From the NCBI RefSeq assembly GCF_036321535.1, contig NC_087437.1, positions 38,690,001 to 38,754,000 of the forward strand: a stretch of 64,000 nt of DNA. The letters run 5' to 3'. Positions 1 to 14,080 of this stretch are shown here, one piece after another. The position numbers and the translations under genes are program-made. Position 1 is the first letter of the stretch. Every line of letters starts with the position of its first letter. The notes below the pieces were generated by a model. It saw only the letters and a list, made by a program, of their open reading frames with translations, ran no database searches and was not told where the DNA came from. The stretch comes from Camelus dromedarius. Lineage: Eukaryota.

Positions 1-629
1 AATGCTATTTAACTCACTCTATAAGACTTTTTTCTTCATCTTATAAATAGAAAAATAATTCAAGGTGATCATTTGTTTTCTGTGAATAACACTAAACTAT
101 CTTCATTCAAACAAAGTTTTTACACAGCATGGGGAGGCAGAAACGAGATTTAATGTTCTACAGTTCCTTCTAGGCTATAACCTATTAACCAGTAAAATAA
201 TTGCAACCCAGGCCCAGAGATGGTATTCTCAATCCAATTTTTATAGCTAAGGATTTGATACAGTGATCAAACTAAAATTACTTTATGGCAGATCTATCAA
301 AAATATTGGTATATTGATATAACAAAAAGGAAAGAAGTCAGTTGAATAATTAGATTTCAATAGGAGAGCTGTGCTACTAGAAGTATATTTTTTACTTTTA
401 GAAATTTTCTTCTAGCATTAAGGACAGTATTTTCTATATGTTTCAAATGGTGAATGTACATTTTTTCCAGGAAACAGAAAACAGTTTATTCATTTCTTTA
501 TTAATGGGAAGGCTGAGGGTGTTTGTGAGGTGGCTTGACTTCATGGGTAGCCATGAGACAGGTCTAAATTATCTCTATGACTGAATGACTACTGACAAAT
601 TTTTTCAGCACTTCGTACATTTTAACATC

Positions 630-2290
630 TTGTGACCTTCATTACCTCTTGTGAGAAGTTAGCTTTTAATCAGCTCGTTCACTCTTTATCTAATAAATCA
701 CTTTTCTCCAGCTGCTGTCAAGATTTTACTCTCTAACTTGGTCTTTGGGCAATTTAGCCATGAAGTGCCTAGATACATTTTTCTTATAATTTATATAACT
801 TGGGGTTCATTTAGGTTTCTGGATATAAAATTCAGTGTTTTTCACTAAATTTGTGAAAAATTTGGCCACTATTTCATCAAATATTTGTCTATTCATTTCT
901 TTCTCTTCTTTTTGGTGTATAATTATGCCTATAATCGAAACACTTGATAAATCTCTGAGACCCAGGGTTTTTTTTTTTTTAATATTTTTGCTTTATATTG
1001 TTTGATATAGATAATTTCTATTGACTTACTTTAAAATGCACTCAGTTTTTGGTTTTCCATCTCAAATCTGTTGTATTTGTCTTGTGAACATTCATTTCAC
1101 TTATTGTACTTTTTTCATCTTTAGAGCTTTCCATTTTTTTCTCCTGTTTCCATTTGATCCTTTCACTCATTGAGATCATACTATTCTTTAATTATTCTCA
1201 CATTTTTTCTTTAATTATTTTAATATCTTTATCATAACTATTTGAAGTCTTAAGTAAATTCACAGTAACAACATATCAGAATACATTTCTATTAACTGCT
1301 TTTTTCTTTCTGTCTGAATTGGTCACATTTTCCTTTTTTGTTGTTTAGTTTATTTGTCTAGTAATTTTTGGCTAAAAACTAGACATTATATATAATACTT
1401 TGTACTAAATTTAAATTCTTTTATCGTCTTATAGAATTTGTGAGATTTTTGTTTTGGTAGACAATGAAGTTACCTGCACTCAAAATAAAAACTTTGTTTC
1501 CCTTATAACATGCTACCTCTTCTCAGTTCTTTCAGATTCTAGCTGCCTTTTTTTTTTTTCAAGCCTGGCCCCGAAAGATCTTCTCTGTGTCTAGACAGAT
1601 AATTTGGGTAGTTTATACTGAAAATTTTGTCCTCACCTGTCTCAGATTGTCTGATTTCTGCAGTTTCTCCTTTGAATTTCCAGCATCTTTGCCATCTGTG
1701 TGCTCTACCCTCTGATACCTCAAGATAATCAGGTTTCAGTTTTCTGCTTTTGAAGCTGCTCATATGTTCACAAATGCACAGCCAACAAAGCAAACTTACA
1801 AAGCTTACACAGTACAGTCCTTTCTTTCAAGGGTAAATTTCTCTCTGGTTTCTTTCTGCTTTTGAGGGAAGAAAAACCCTGGGGTCTATCCAGGGCATTC
1901 ATGTTAGGGATCAGTGAAGCATTTGGGAGGTGTGTATACAAATTTGAGTTCTATCCTTTCAGTTGTTCTATGGTACTCTTACGTCTAGCACTCTCTGTCT
2001 TAATTCCCAGATATCCTTACATTCCTGAACTCTGTTCTCTGCCACGCTGAGCTTCTAAGGCTGTGGTTCTGTGCTGCTTTAGCTGTGGCATTGAGATTTG
2101 CATCTGAGGTATCTATCAGGCAAGACTGTTACAAGCTGTAAATTTTGCCCTTTTATTTTCCAGTCTTTCAAAAGTTAACTACCTCCGAGCTTCCATTTGC
2201 TCTTGGTTATTTACTACTGACTTCAGATAATTCTGCTTTCTTATATTTTGTCCAACTTTTGTAATTTTATTTCCTGTGATATGTTCTTCA
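630..2290 (-). mobile_element. Old L1 (L1M-type) ORF1/5' region, degenerate
   Basis: Antisense L1 ORF1-type text (cttttctccagctgctgtcaagattt...ggggttcatt...ggccactatttcatcaaatatt). Confidence 0.7.
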
Positions 2291-2639
2291 AATAATGTTT
2301 CTTTGTTACTACTCATATACCTTTTAGATAACTAAAATGACTAAAATTTAAATGCCTAAAAATACCAGTCAGTCAAACTTTCATATTCCTTAATGACCTC
2401 ACATTGCATGTCTCATAGATCATCATAATAGCTTACTTCAAAAAGTTCCAATTCAATTAAATTCAACAAGCGTGTTTCAGTCATCTGGCAAACATCAGTA
2501 ATAGACTCTCAATTCATTTTTGATGCTTATCTGCTAACCACTCTTATACTTCATACCTCCCTCTTGCCCTTCTGCTTTGCATATGAACAAACAGATACAA
2601 AAATGTCTTGAGAGCAGGAGGAAAGGAAATTCGCTGGGC

Positions 2640-4000
2640 ATTTTTAAAGGTGGCCAGGGATGGAGCCAAGTGAGGGTTCCTATGCATGGTTTTGCGCTTC
2701 CCACTAGTGCCAAATGAAGGAGCAGCTGGTAAGGGCCCACATTGCAAGACTGTGGATACAGAGAACAAAAGATACAGGGCCATCTTTGTAATAAATCCCT
2801 CACATTTACATTGCATATTAATATATAATCACTTGGAGAAAATATTTAATGATAGTTCCTCATGTCCTCTCTTTTCCAAACCTTGGAAAGAAAGTGTGTC
2901 CTAAAATTTGAAATATAAAATTGACGCATGAGAGATGAGCACATTAACTGTCTCCTTAAAGAAGCAAAATGACTTGTAAATGAGAATAAAACTTGACATT
3001 AACTAAACTTATAGAGTACATATATATATAATTAAAAAATTTCCCTTTAGAGGAAAGTATGAGGAGGGGGTAAAAAGACGTAAATAATGGAACTGAATTA
3101 TCAGTTCCTTCTGCGAAGCAGTAACACTGACCCATTAATTTGAATCTGTCTGTTGCTTCTAGGATGCATCTCCATTAGTTTTTGAACACTGTGGTTTGTA
3201 CTTCTTGCCAAATTTTTGTCTTGTTCTGGCATCATAGTTGAGAAGTACAGCCAGGTGGCCAAGCAAATATGGCACAGCATTACACTCAGCATGTTTCCAG
3301 GTGATTTTCCAGCCAGTCTCTGCTTTCCCAATTGCCACAGTGTTATTCTGTTCAGGTGTTCGAGTTTACTCTCTCAGAACTCATCAATTTCCTTAGTGGT
3401 TTTTAAACTACTAAGGTGTAATAATGGCGGGAAAACACCAATTAACATGCCATTTCTCAACTCAGTACATTCTCACATGCTGTCTCCTTTCCTTGGAATA
3501 CCTTATTTTCTCCTTTTACATCTGAATAATTCTTATTTTTATTTTAAAATTTAGCCCAAGCATCATTCCCAATGGGAAAAGTTTCTACGACTGCATTAAC
3601 ATAATTCTAATTTGCCATTCTCAATTCTGTACTCCCTCAGCTCCTTATGTTTACCTGTACTACACTGACTGTAATTGCTGGCTTACTTTGTCTCCTGTAC
3701 TAGTATGTAAACTTCTTGAAGAAAAGACATTCATGGCAAACAGTTTCTGGCAACTTTTTATTTAATAGACAAATTGGTCCCTCAAAGTGGACCATTAATG
3801 CCAGAATTCTGAGGGCTTCTGGAGGAGCCAGAAAGGGTAATTGGTGATCTGCTCCTCACTAAGCTGTGGGATCTCCATCAGCCATACTAAACTCTAATTT
3901 TCTAAAACTGAAAAGGCCTGACATTCAGTGGAGTCCATTCAGAATACTGTTATTATACTCTGCAATTTGCTAAGTATGGAAAATAAAGGAGTAAAAACAG
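2640..4000 (-). mobile_element. Degenerate Ty3/Gypsy-type integrase remnant (MamGypsy-like)
   Basis: Minus-strand peptides ILNGLH*MSG (3915-3945, HHCC region), TNGDA..RSNRQI (~3140-3185, core) and GTSGKRKTMHRN (2676-2711, C-terminal), in the correct order but with frameshifts and stops. Confidence 0.5.
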
Positions 4001-4584
4001 AATAAATAAAATCATAGAAAATTTTGATTCAACCATGTGAATGAGTGAAACCAATACAAGACACTCACCATCTAATATAATTTTTCCACTCAGATAAATG
4101 CAGTAAATCATCCTGGTTTCTGCTCTATAACATGTTACTAATCTGGATTTTCTGAGTAAGCAGATAATAATTTAAAATTTTTGTCCATTAAAAAACATTT
4201 TAGCCTTTGCTCTGAAATTATGGCACTTTTTAGGTCCCAGATTTAGGTTTATATTAGGTTATATTTCTATTTTATCCAAGCAAGTTATGGATGTTTATAC
4301 AAAAGAAAATTATATATTACTATATATGTAACTATATAAATGCTTATAGTTACATATGTAGATATATGTAATTTTATGTATAAATATTTAGTTATATATT
4401 TATCTATAGATGCAGTGTTCTTTTGTATAAAATGTAAATATATGTGTTGTGTATATATGTATGTATAAGCAAATAAAGGCTAAAAATACTAAAAAAAAAA
4501 GTACCTCAAAAAATTGTATATGACTACTTCTTTAAGTATTCTAATGCATTCAGAGTGGTATGGAAATATGAATAAGAATAATTA

Positions 4585-6190
4585 TTCTTAGATTCATCCA
4601 TGTTGTTATGCATCCATAGTTCATTACTTTTTTATTCCACATTATGGATAAGCCACAATTTCTTTTTTCTGTCATTAGACTTTTGCATTATTTCCATTTA
4701 CTAGCTATTACAAATAAAGCTGCTGTGAACCTTTTGGGGTAGTTTCTCTTTTCTTGAGAAAATAACTGGAAATAGACTGAATCATATGTTGAAGTAGGCT
4801 TAAGTTTTTAAGAAGCCATAATTTTATTTTCCAAGTAGTTGTATCATTTTACATTCCTATCAGAAATGTATGAGACTTCCAGTTTTTCTTCATCCTTGTC
4901 AACACTTGCTATGGTCAGGCTTTTTAATTTTAACAATTCAAATAATTGTCTACTGGCAAATCATAGTGGTTTTAATTTGTACTTTCATAGTGGCTAATGA
5001 TATTAAGCATATTATTATGTTCTTACTTGTCATAGTATATCTTTAAAATTTTGTTTAAATGCATGGTCAAATATTCTGCCCATTTGTGCAAGTGAAATCT
5101 GTTTTGTTTTGTGTTCTAATAATTGAGTTTAGAGAATTCATTATATATTGTGGATACAAGTGTGTGTGTCTTTTTTTTAAATCAGAGATACGTTTTGCAA
5201 ATATTTTCTCCCAGTCTGGTTTGTCGCTTTCATTTCCTTAGTATTATCTTACAAACAGCAAACTTTGTTTTCTTGCTCCAAATTATGTTTTTATTAATCT
5301 TTATTTTAAAATATTTTTACATTTCCAGAAAAATTACAAAAATAGTACAGAGAGTGCCTATAAAATTCCTCATGTAGTTTTCCTATTTTTGACATTGTAC
5401 ATTAGTATGGCATATTTGCTACAATTAATGAACAAATATTGATACATTGTCATTAAGTAAAGTCCATATCCTATTCATATTTCCTTACTTTTTACTTAAT
5501 GTCCTATTTCTATGCCAACATTCGGTCCAGGACACTGCATTCCACTTAGTTGTCATGTTTTTATCTCTTGGCTGTGAGAATTTCTCAGACTTCCCTTGTC
5601 TTTGATGATCTTGACAATTTTGAGGTGAAAATACTGGTCAGGTATTTTTTAGAATGCCCCTCAAATGATGCTAATCTTATGTTAACCTTGATCACTTGGC
5701 CCAGGAAATGAAGATCAGAACTTTTAGTATTTGTGAGGTCCAATGCATAATTGTTTTTGCCTTCTGTATTGTGCTTTTGGTGACATGTTTGATAAATATT
5801 TCTCTAATTCAAGTTCACAAAGATTTTCTTCTAACATTGTCTTAACAAAAGTCTTCTGATTTTAGGTTTCACATTTGGGACTATTAGTTATTTTGATACT
5901 TTTATCAGTGGTATTAAGTATGGGTTGAAGTTTATTTTTTGCATATGGACTTCCAGCCATTCCAGCATCATTTGTTGAAAATAGTTCCATTTTTCTACAT
6001 ATTGCTTCACATCATTGTTAAAGAATAGTTTGTTTTGCTTTGTTTTTAATATATGTGTGTGTTTATTCTGGATTCTCCTTTCTCTTCCAGAGATCTGTAT
6101 GCCTCTTTTGACACAGATAATATGCTGTCTTGGTTACTGTTGTTTAAGTCCTCAAATGTTTTTTTCCCTCCTTTTCAAGGCTGTTTTGAT
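4585..6190 (-). mobile_element. L1 3' end/ORF2 fragments (L1ME/MC-like), with a nested L1MC-like 3' end at ~5290-5700
   Basis: Antisense L1 3' text (agattcatccatgttgtt...tgtatgagacttccagtt...gtggttttaatttg...agcatcatttgttgaaa). Confidence 0.8.
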
Positions 6191-6199
6191 TGCTTTTTC

Positions 6200-6805
6200 A
6201 AAGCTCTTCTAGGTCTGAGTGACTGTCTGAGATGGGGTGAAGGGTTAGGAGACAAGAGGCATGTAAACACTACTAGAAATGGAAAGGCTCACCTACTGAC
6301 ATCTGACTTGGGTGGGGGATGGGGTTGCCTGGGTCCCACGTTGAGTTCTGCTGCTAAAGGCAGTCTGGCCCACCTGTTAACCAGTGAGTGCGAGTGGAGA
6401 ATGGGTTGGTCTACTGAACCCTGTTGGCACCTCTTTGCCATGGATAGGTGTTTACCACTAAGGACATCCATGCTAGATTTCCTTTTCCTGTGTCTTTGTC
6501 AAGAGAAGGTAGACTTTTCTTTTAATGTATTTATTTTTCTATGTTTGTTGTTGATTCTGGATTACAGGCCTCTTAACTCACAGTTGAGGATATATGGAAG
6601 ATTAAAAAAAAAAAAAAATCCAGGGAACTAATCATGGACTTTCTTTAAAACTCTGAAGTCTCTAGCCAGTCTATCTTCTTCTTTCCAAATTTCAGAATGA
6701 TTTTATGATTGGCTGTTTAATTATTTTCAGAAATTTAATTGTATTTCGAAGGGAGTAGCAAGGAAAACTGAATCTATGCCATTATACCCTGGAACCAGAA
6801 TTCTC
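6200..6805 (-). mobile_element. Old L1 5'-end fragment
   Basis: Ends in typical antisense L1ME-type 5' terminus (aatttaattgtatt...tatgccattataccctggaaccagaa). Confidence 0.5.
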
Positions 6806-6819
6806 TCTTTCAATTGTGA

Positions 6820-7465
6820 AATATATTTCTACTGAATATCAAATTACAAATTGAGCATTTGTTGTTGTTTTTTTTTCCAGTACTTTATAATGTAGTAACA
6901 CTTTGTTCTGGCTTGCATTGTTTCTGATGAGCGATGTGGTATCATCTTTGTTTGTTCTGTTGTACGAAATAAGGTTTTTCCTCTGACTGCTTTTTCAATT
7001 TTATCTTTATCAATGGTTTTTAACAATTTAATTATCAAGTTCATTGGTATAATTTTATACATGTTTCTTGTGTTTGGATTTGTTGAACTCTTTGGACCTG
7101 TGGGTATATATTTTTCATCAATTAAAAAATTTTCCAGTTGTAATTTCTTCAAATAATTTTTTATTGTTGTTACTTCATATACATCAAGGACTTAAATTAT
7201 ACATATATTCAACCATGTGAAGTTGTCCAGTGTGCATCTCATTGGTGTACTTTAAATTTGTTTTAGTTATTTTTCTTGTGTGTTTCATTTTAGGTAGATT
7301 TTTATGGCTTTATCTTCAAATTCTCTAATCCTCTCATCTGCAATATTTAATCTGCCTCTAATCCCATCCAATGCATTTTTCATCTCAGACTATATTGATT
7401 TCATCTTTATAAGTTTGATTTGAGTGATGTGTATGTCTTAGATATCTCTGTTTAACTTTTTAAAC

Positions 7466-7503
<38 letters not shown>

Positions 7504-8335
7504 TGTCTTAATATACTAATGTCTGTAATTCCTAATATCTATGTAGTTCTGAGTCAATTTTGATTGATTGGTTTTCTCTTAATAATAAGTCTTATTTTTC
7601 TGCTCCTTTATATGCCTGGTAATTTTGATTGAATACCGGACATTGTGCTTTTACTTCTTTACTTTTGTTTTGTGATACAGTTATATTACTTGGAAAGAAT
7701 TTAATCCTTTTGAGTCTTACCTTTAAACTCTATTAGATCCATAGAGCAGTTTTTAGGGATATTCTCCATTATTGAATCAAAACTCTTTCCTGTACTCTAT
7801 CCAATGCTCTGTGAGTTATAAGGTTTTTCAGTCCTAGGTAAGTATTGGGCAATATATCTTTTAATACTTTCAAATGATTTATTTTCCAGCTTTCAGTAGT
7901 TTTCTTACACTTATTCCCCAGTTACTACCCAAAGGGGATACTCTGGAGATCTCTGAAGTTTTCTCTCTGTGCAGCTGTCTTCTCTCTAGTATTCTGTTCT
8001 TCAAATTCTAGCTATCCTGGTCTCTACAGACTCTCATTTCCACTTCCTTAATGCAAGGAGTCTTCCAGGCTTTATCTAGTTTTCTCTTCGCTGTGCCACA
8101 GCCCATAACTTCTCTGAAAGTAGTAAGCTGGGGAAATCAGAGGTTTCATCACATGTGTTTCCTGTCTCTAAGGAATCATTATCTTTTTCTAGCCTGATTT
8201 ACAGTGTTTTACAAACCATGTATTATATTTTGCCTTCCATTTTATTTTTATTTATTTATTTGTTTTTTTCTTATTTTTTAGGAAGGGGTTGCTTCAGATG
8301 AGGGTATAAATCCAGTTTCTTCCTTGGGGTGAGAA
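6820..8335 (-). mobile_element. L1 ORF1 and 5' region, degenerate
   Basis: ORF 6844-7152 reads ENFL...IPMNLIIKLLKTIDKDKIEKAVRGK, similar to L1 ORF1p (TPRHIIIKLLKTKDKEKILKAAREK). Confidence 0.85.
7466..7503. repeat. (AAT)12 microsatellite
   Basis: Perfect tandem AAT. Confidence 0.95.
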
Positions 8336-9639
8336 ATGGGGTATTGAGAAGAGTGAAATACCTAATATTAAGAAAAATGGAAGGATAGTGATTGTTTTTC
8401 AGCGTTAAGAATCAACTTCACTATGGCCATGAATGTGCTTGAATATTTTTCTCCAACCAAGTTTAGTTGTTGCACAAACATAGTTATAAAATAGGCAAGA
8501 AAGATTCTGTAAAACTGTAATTTTGATGAGAATAAGCAGAAACAAGAGACATGTTGGGGGTCAAGGATATATCAAGCGAATGATTAGATATTAGCCACAA
8601 AATGTAACACGGCTGATGAGAAAAGTTAGAAAATCAGATATTTGACAGATAATAAAAATGTGATAGGATAAAATAATTATATTCCCTGCTGTGGCCAAAG
8701 AGCATCAAAGTGGAGGCATTAGGGGAGTGGTCTGGGAAGATAGAGGCAGAATGAGATAAAATGAATGTTTAATTTTGTAGGGTGGAGGACAAAATGACTG
8801 GACAATTAAGATAGAAGTGTATTTGGCAAGAATGATTGTGAGCTAAAAGGTGATACTGTAAAAAAATGAGGAGGAATGCTCTAGGGGCTGGAAGATAAAA
8901 CTGTAACAATGAAGGTTAATGGACATCTGATTTACAGAAATCATTCTGGGGTGTGGTTAGGGAGCTGCAAAGGGAAATTTATAAAATTGGCAAGAAAAGC
9001 AATAGGGATGTTTACCCCTACCCATTTCCTCTCAACCTCCATCTCAGCCCCAGGGAGATGATAGATTGATAGATAGATAGATAAACAGATAGATATAAAT
9101 GTGTGGGAGAAAAATCACTTTAGAATGCTGCAGAGAAAGCAATGTTCTCAGGGAAAGCCAGGTTTTCACAGGAGGACGAAAGTAAGAAAATTGTTTAGAT
9201 TAAAAATCTAAAGGGTTTTACTGGCAATAAACAGTGAATCTCAGAGGGCACAATAGATAGGTTTCAGGAGTTGGAAAGGGCTGACGTGACAAAAAGAAAC
9301 AGAATAGGAAGTGCTTGAGACGCTGTATTCACTGTATTGATCTTGTGACAAACCCCTGCAGGAGAACCACATTCACAGCAGAGGGTCCACATGGTTTTGG
9401 AGTACAGCTTTCTCTCCTCAGCAAGTAAATATACTTCTTTTGAGAAATAGCTGCTGACTTGTCACTAGGCCTGGTAGGGACTAAGTACCTGACCACAGGA
9501 CACCAAGAGACAGTGCTACTTGAACAACTCAGTACAAAATAGGTGTTAAATGATTCACCTACGCAAAAATGTGTGCATGTCTAGAAGCATGCAGAGCAAA
9601 TTAGAAGAATATGAATTCCATAGGTGAATATCTCCTAAA

Positions 9640-10050
9640 AGCTGTTACTGGGAGGAGGCAATTTATAATATCAACAAGATTTCCTACTTTGAGGAAGTCA
9701 GGTAGCCTTTTCCCTAGCCACCCTTGCACTTACTTAATGAGCACATGAGGAAAGAGGTTGTGGATGCTATTCATGGTCCATCACTCAGCCACACTGTAGC
9801 CACTTCCAAGTGTCCATCAGCAATAATGTGTATTCATATGTATTCAAGTTGAGACTATACTCAAGTAGGCATAAAGTTGATTGGAATAGATCATTTCCCT
9901 TATAGAGGATGCAGTGAAATCTCCTTACCAAAATAGTTGAGAATTTGTTTTCTCCCTTTGTTTGCCATATTTTGTTTGTTCCACCATTTTAACTTAATGA
10001 TTGCTTCATGCATTGCCATAATTTAAGTACTAGAATAGGCCAGATGTAGT
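9640..10050 (+). mobile_element. ERVL/MaLR internal pol (integrase) remnant
   Basis: gccacccttgcact...aatgagcacatgagg and gttgattggaatagatcatttccc resemble recalled ERVL integrase text (QWAHEQ...VDYIGPLP). Confidence 0.55.
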
Positions 10051-10095
10051 CTTCTATGATAAGTAAGCCCCCAAATCTTTTTGGCTTACCACATT

Positions 10096-10295
10096 NNNNN
10101 NNNNNNNNNNNNNNNNNNNNNNNNNNNNNNNNNNNNNNNNNNNNNNNNNNNNNNNNNNNNNNNNNNNNNNNNNNNNNNNNNNNNNNNNNNNNNNNNNNNN
10201 NNNNNNNNNNNNNNNNNNNNNNNNNNNNNNNNNNNNNNNNNNNNNNNNNNNNNNNNNNNNNNNNNNNNNNNNNNNNNNNNNNNNNNNNNNNNNNN
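10096..10295. other. Assembly gap (200 N)
   Basis: Run of N. Confidence 1.
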
Positions 10296-11146
10296 AAAAT
10301 TGTTATTTCAATATCTGTCAATAACCTACTACCAAATAGGTATCTTATAATATGCTTACTGGAGTAGAGAAATTAGATAGAAAGGCTTAATGAATTTTTC
10401 AAAGTTGATGTTGCTTTACAATTTGCACAGAGTAGCATGAAATGTTTTTTACAATAAATAATTTTTGATTAATGATAAGTTATTAATAAATAAACATATT
10501 TGCATCTCATTTAATGCTTTTACTAAAAGTTCAGGAAGAAAAGAATCATATCAAAATTTTAAGAGTACACAAAATATATTTGTTTCCAGATCTGGAACAC
10601 TTGTAAGCAGCCAGTAGACTAGAGGAGGTGGTAATTTTTTATTCAGCTTTAAACTTTACCCTATTGCTCAGTAAATATGACAATAGCTTTTGTAAAACCT
10701 TGTTCTTCTAGAAAAATGACACTATTAACCCAGTCATTAAACTGGAGTTGCTTATTCAGACTTGAAGATAAACTGCTCTGAACCACTCACATACATTTGC
10801 ATCCCACCTACTTGGAAATAGAGTGCAGCTTATGTCAGGGTAGAAAAATTCCATGTATGAAGGGAAGACAAACCAATAACTAATGGGACTGGATCCTTTG
10901 TCATTGCTTCTGTCCTCTAACTGAACTCACTGATCAGGGACAAAGTTCTGTGTCTCCTAAGTAATTCAGAAGGTAACAAAATTTTATAACCACTGAACTT
11001 CTTTCTGACTTATATGATAACAGCTTATAAGTAATCAAATAGAATAGGAATAGAAAAAGATTCCACTTTTATCAACATCAAAGAATCTTCTAAATGCCCT
11101 GTGTGCTTGGCATGATTTTAGGCTTATATAAAGTAAGCAAGTCCTG

Positions 11147-11248
11147 GGTGGTGGAGTATAGCTCAGTAGTAGAGCACATGCTTAGCATGTGGGAGGTCCT
11201 GGGTTCGATCTCTAGCACCTCCTTTAAAGAAAAAAAACCACAAAAAAC
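11147..11248 (+). mobile_element. tRNA-Ala-derived SINE (camelid Vic-1 type)
   Basis: GTATAGCTCAGTAGTAGAGCACATGCTTAGCATG...GGGTTCGATC plus A-rich tail. TSD agtaagcaag(t/c)cctg at 11132-11146 and 11249-11263. Confidence 0.92.
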
Positions 11249-11591
11249 AGTAAGCAAGCCCTGCCCACAAGGAATCTGCATTTTGCCTAGCAGCCAAGGA
11301 GACTGAGAGAAAGAGGTAAGCAAGAAAAGATGGCAATTTGAGTAGGCAGTATATGTAGAGATGACTTTTTTGATGCTTCAAATCAGTATTATTTTAGAAA
11401 TTATGACGAACCAGTACTCTTGTTAGGGCAAACACAATGAGATGATGAAAGAGCTGGCAGGTCTCAAGTAGGTTTCCTAGACAAATTAAATTCCCTGACA
11501 TAGGGATCCAAGACCTAGGTCATCCTTTAGCATTCTGGTTTTTAGATTTCTCCTCAAAAACATATTTACACACTTTAGATTGTATCATTCA

Positions 11592-11725
11592 GAAGGGGGG
11601 AGGGTATAGCTCAGTGGTAGAGTGCATGCCCAGCATGTACAAGGTCCTGGGTTCAATCCCCAGCACCACCATTAAAAATAAATAAAACCCTTACTACCCC
11701 CCACCCCAAATAAATAAATAAAAAT
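11592..11725 (+). mobile_element. tRNA-Ala-derived SINE (camelid Vic-1 type)
   Basis: GGGGAGGGTATAGCTCAGTGGTAGAG...GGGTTCAATCCCCAGC plus A-rich tail. Perfect 13-bp TSD attgtatcattca at 11579-11591 and 11726-11738. Confidence 0.94.
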
Positions 11726-12799
11726 ATTGTATCATTCATTTTTTTCATATTTTCATGAAGAAAAAGTTACCTTTTCAACTTTCTAAAAATACTTCTTAAC
11801 CTCAGGTACTTTCATGGATAGACTTCAAAAGGCCTATATGTTTCTTTAAAAAGGCTTTTGTGAAAGAACATTCTCTGAACGGTATTGTTTTCATCCTAAC
11901 AAAGTCAGGGCACTAATCAAGTCCCTTGCTGGTTAAAATCAATATCCTCCTTGTGTTATTTAAAGGAATTCTACCAAAGATCTCAAAGGTATTAAGCTAC
12001 TGTGAAATTTTTAGATGAATTCTTAAAAGATGTGTCCTTATATTTAACCATGTTCTCTGTACATTGTTGTCCCACCATTTACCTTAATATCTTTTTCCAT
12101 GCAACTTCCATTTCTCATTCCTTTATTGGAAAGGTACTATCACATTGCCGAACCTGGTGGATAGTCAACCAAAGATTCACTAATGACTAAACTCTGCAGA
12201 CAATGATTGAACACCTTCTGTGTGCAGAGTAAAATGGTAGCTGCTGGGGTAAATACAAAGATGAATTAATCACAGACCGAATTCTCCTAACATTCACAAT
12301 CAAGTGGCAGAGATGGTGACAAGACACATCACTCAAGACATGAGTGAGATATTGAGTAAAAAAAGGAGGAGGAGGAGAGAAGGCAATCTTTAGATACTGT
12401 AAGTTCCTAATTTACAGTTAGTACAGAACTTACATAATTATGAGTTCCACTGCAAAAAAGAACTCTGCGAACTTTCTTATTTAAACATATAATACATCTC
12501 TCATTTATTTGTGCTTCATACCATTATTTACCGAGTGCCTCATGTGTGTACAATACTGCATATGGACATGCCAGAATAGAGAGATGTAGTATGTAAAAAT
12601 AAAATATTAGAAACTTAAGGATTGCTATTTTCATAGAAGTACTTTTATAGCTTGACCCAGAATTTTCTACAGGATCAAAGCTTACTTTCATAGAAACTAC
12701 CTGTTATATTTTATTTAACAATTTTTAAATCACTTTTTTATTTATCTTAATATTTAAATCTTAAAATTTACCTTTTGGGACTTTTCATTTCAAAAAGTC

Positions 12800-13200
12800 T
12801 TTGAATTAATGGGAGAAGCCAGGATTTCTGGCAGTAAACTTTTTTAAGCACAAAAAAGTCATCATAACACCAATGACTCTCAGTATTTATCTGGCAGATT
12901 TTGTTAGAAATGATAATATCCAAAACAGGGTTCTAATCCTTCTCGCTGGTAATACATACTAAGTCATAAGTCCAATTCTTACAGTTCACTAGATTTCCTT
13001 GGGCCCTGAAGAAGAGAATCAACATTGTTCACATTATTTTGATGATATCCAAAATAGTTCACAAACTTGACACTGTGAAATATTTAGCTCCTTTTAAAGG
13101 TGGCAAAGTATATTCAGATATGAAAATGCCCACCTAATGGGTGCAGACACCCATTATACTCACTTCAGTAGTGACTATGAGTTACAAATTAATTTGCATA
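12800..13200 (-). mobile_element. Degenerate Ty3/Gypsy-type reverse transcriptase remnant
   Basis: Minus-strand peptides FVT(P)IV..YNGCLH, EYTLPPLKGAKYFTV and FGYHQ (13040-13190), compared with Gypsy RT FASPIV..KKNGSLRLC / YTLP..L.GAKYFS.LDL.SGYHQ. Confidence 0.6.
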
Positions 13201-13319
13201 AAATGACAATTAAAAAACAATTCTTTTTTATTAAAAGGAGAAGTGCTGCTCATAGAAAAATGCAATGGGAAAAAATACTCAATTTAATACCCAAAGGATC
13301 AAGTGTGAGGAGTGAACAG

Positions 13320-14080
13320 AGAATTTGCAAGAGTGCATGGATTCAAAATCCCAAATATCCGTTATCAGGAAGATTCTGTAAGATGTGCTTTAGCAAAATG
13401 TGACTGTAAAACAATAAAGAGGTAGGTTAGAGCCTAGAAAACAAAGGATCCAACACAAGAAAGCTACAAAATGGAGTCCTACCAGGACGCGTGCCTTAGG
13501 CTAGAAAGCAACCAGTACAGACTAAGGCAGTGAAGAGGGATCAGGTCTCCAAATTATCAGATTTATTTGAACATTTGAAAAAAATAGTAGTAATGGGTGT
13601 TTGAATGATCTGACAGAGAATTTTAAAAGATAGGTCAAAAATCAAACAAAACAAGGGGAGAGCAAGGTAATTATTAATTGCAGGAAAAGCAAAAGGCTAA
13701 AAGAAGTAAAATAAAATAATAGTACACTACTTGGCTTATTAATACATAGCATCTACAGAGTAAACACTGACCAATAATTGAAGCAAATATTTTATAAAAA
13801 TAGAGAAGATATAGGAAGGGAAGAAAGGCGAATGTAAAAAAGACAAATCCATAGTCAATAGGTAATATCTAAATGTGATAAATAAAAAGTTATATACTCA
13901 TATAATTTATATATGGAGAAGGGGAAAATACCAGATCAATCAACTAAGTTGTAGAAAGTGAATGTCTCTGGGTAAAGGGGCTGAAAAGGAAGAAAGATGG
14001 AGAGACGGCTCATGTTTATTATAATCTTTTTGTTTTTAAAAAATGTGTTATAGTATTTTGATAAAAAAACTTTAAATATT
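13320..14080 (+). mobile_element. HAL1 (half-L1) fragment
   Basis: tcaggaagattctgtaagatgtgct...aaaggatccaacacaagaaag...ctagaaagcaaccagtacagact resembles the recalled HAL1 consensus. Confidence 0.65.

Noticed and set aside
6053..6631. 192-aa plus-strand ORF
   Set aside because: Lies in antisense degenerate L1 sequence; low-complexity F/L/C composition; no recognisable protein.
9989..10367. ORFs containing X runs
   Set aside because: They span the N gap.
10584..10597. 14-bp palindrome TTCCAGATCTGGAA
   Set aside because: 7-bp arms are expected by chance several times in 64 kb.
11147..11725. Two tRNA-Ala-like sequences as tRNA genes
   Set aside because: A-rich tails, target-site duplications and decayed stems show they are SINEs.
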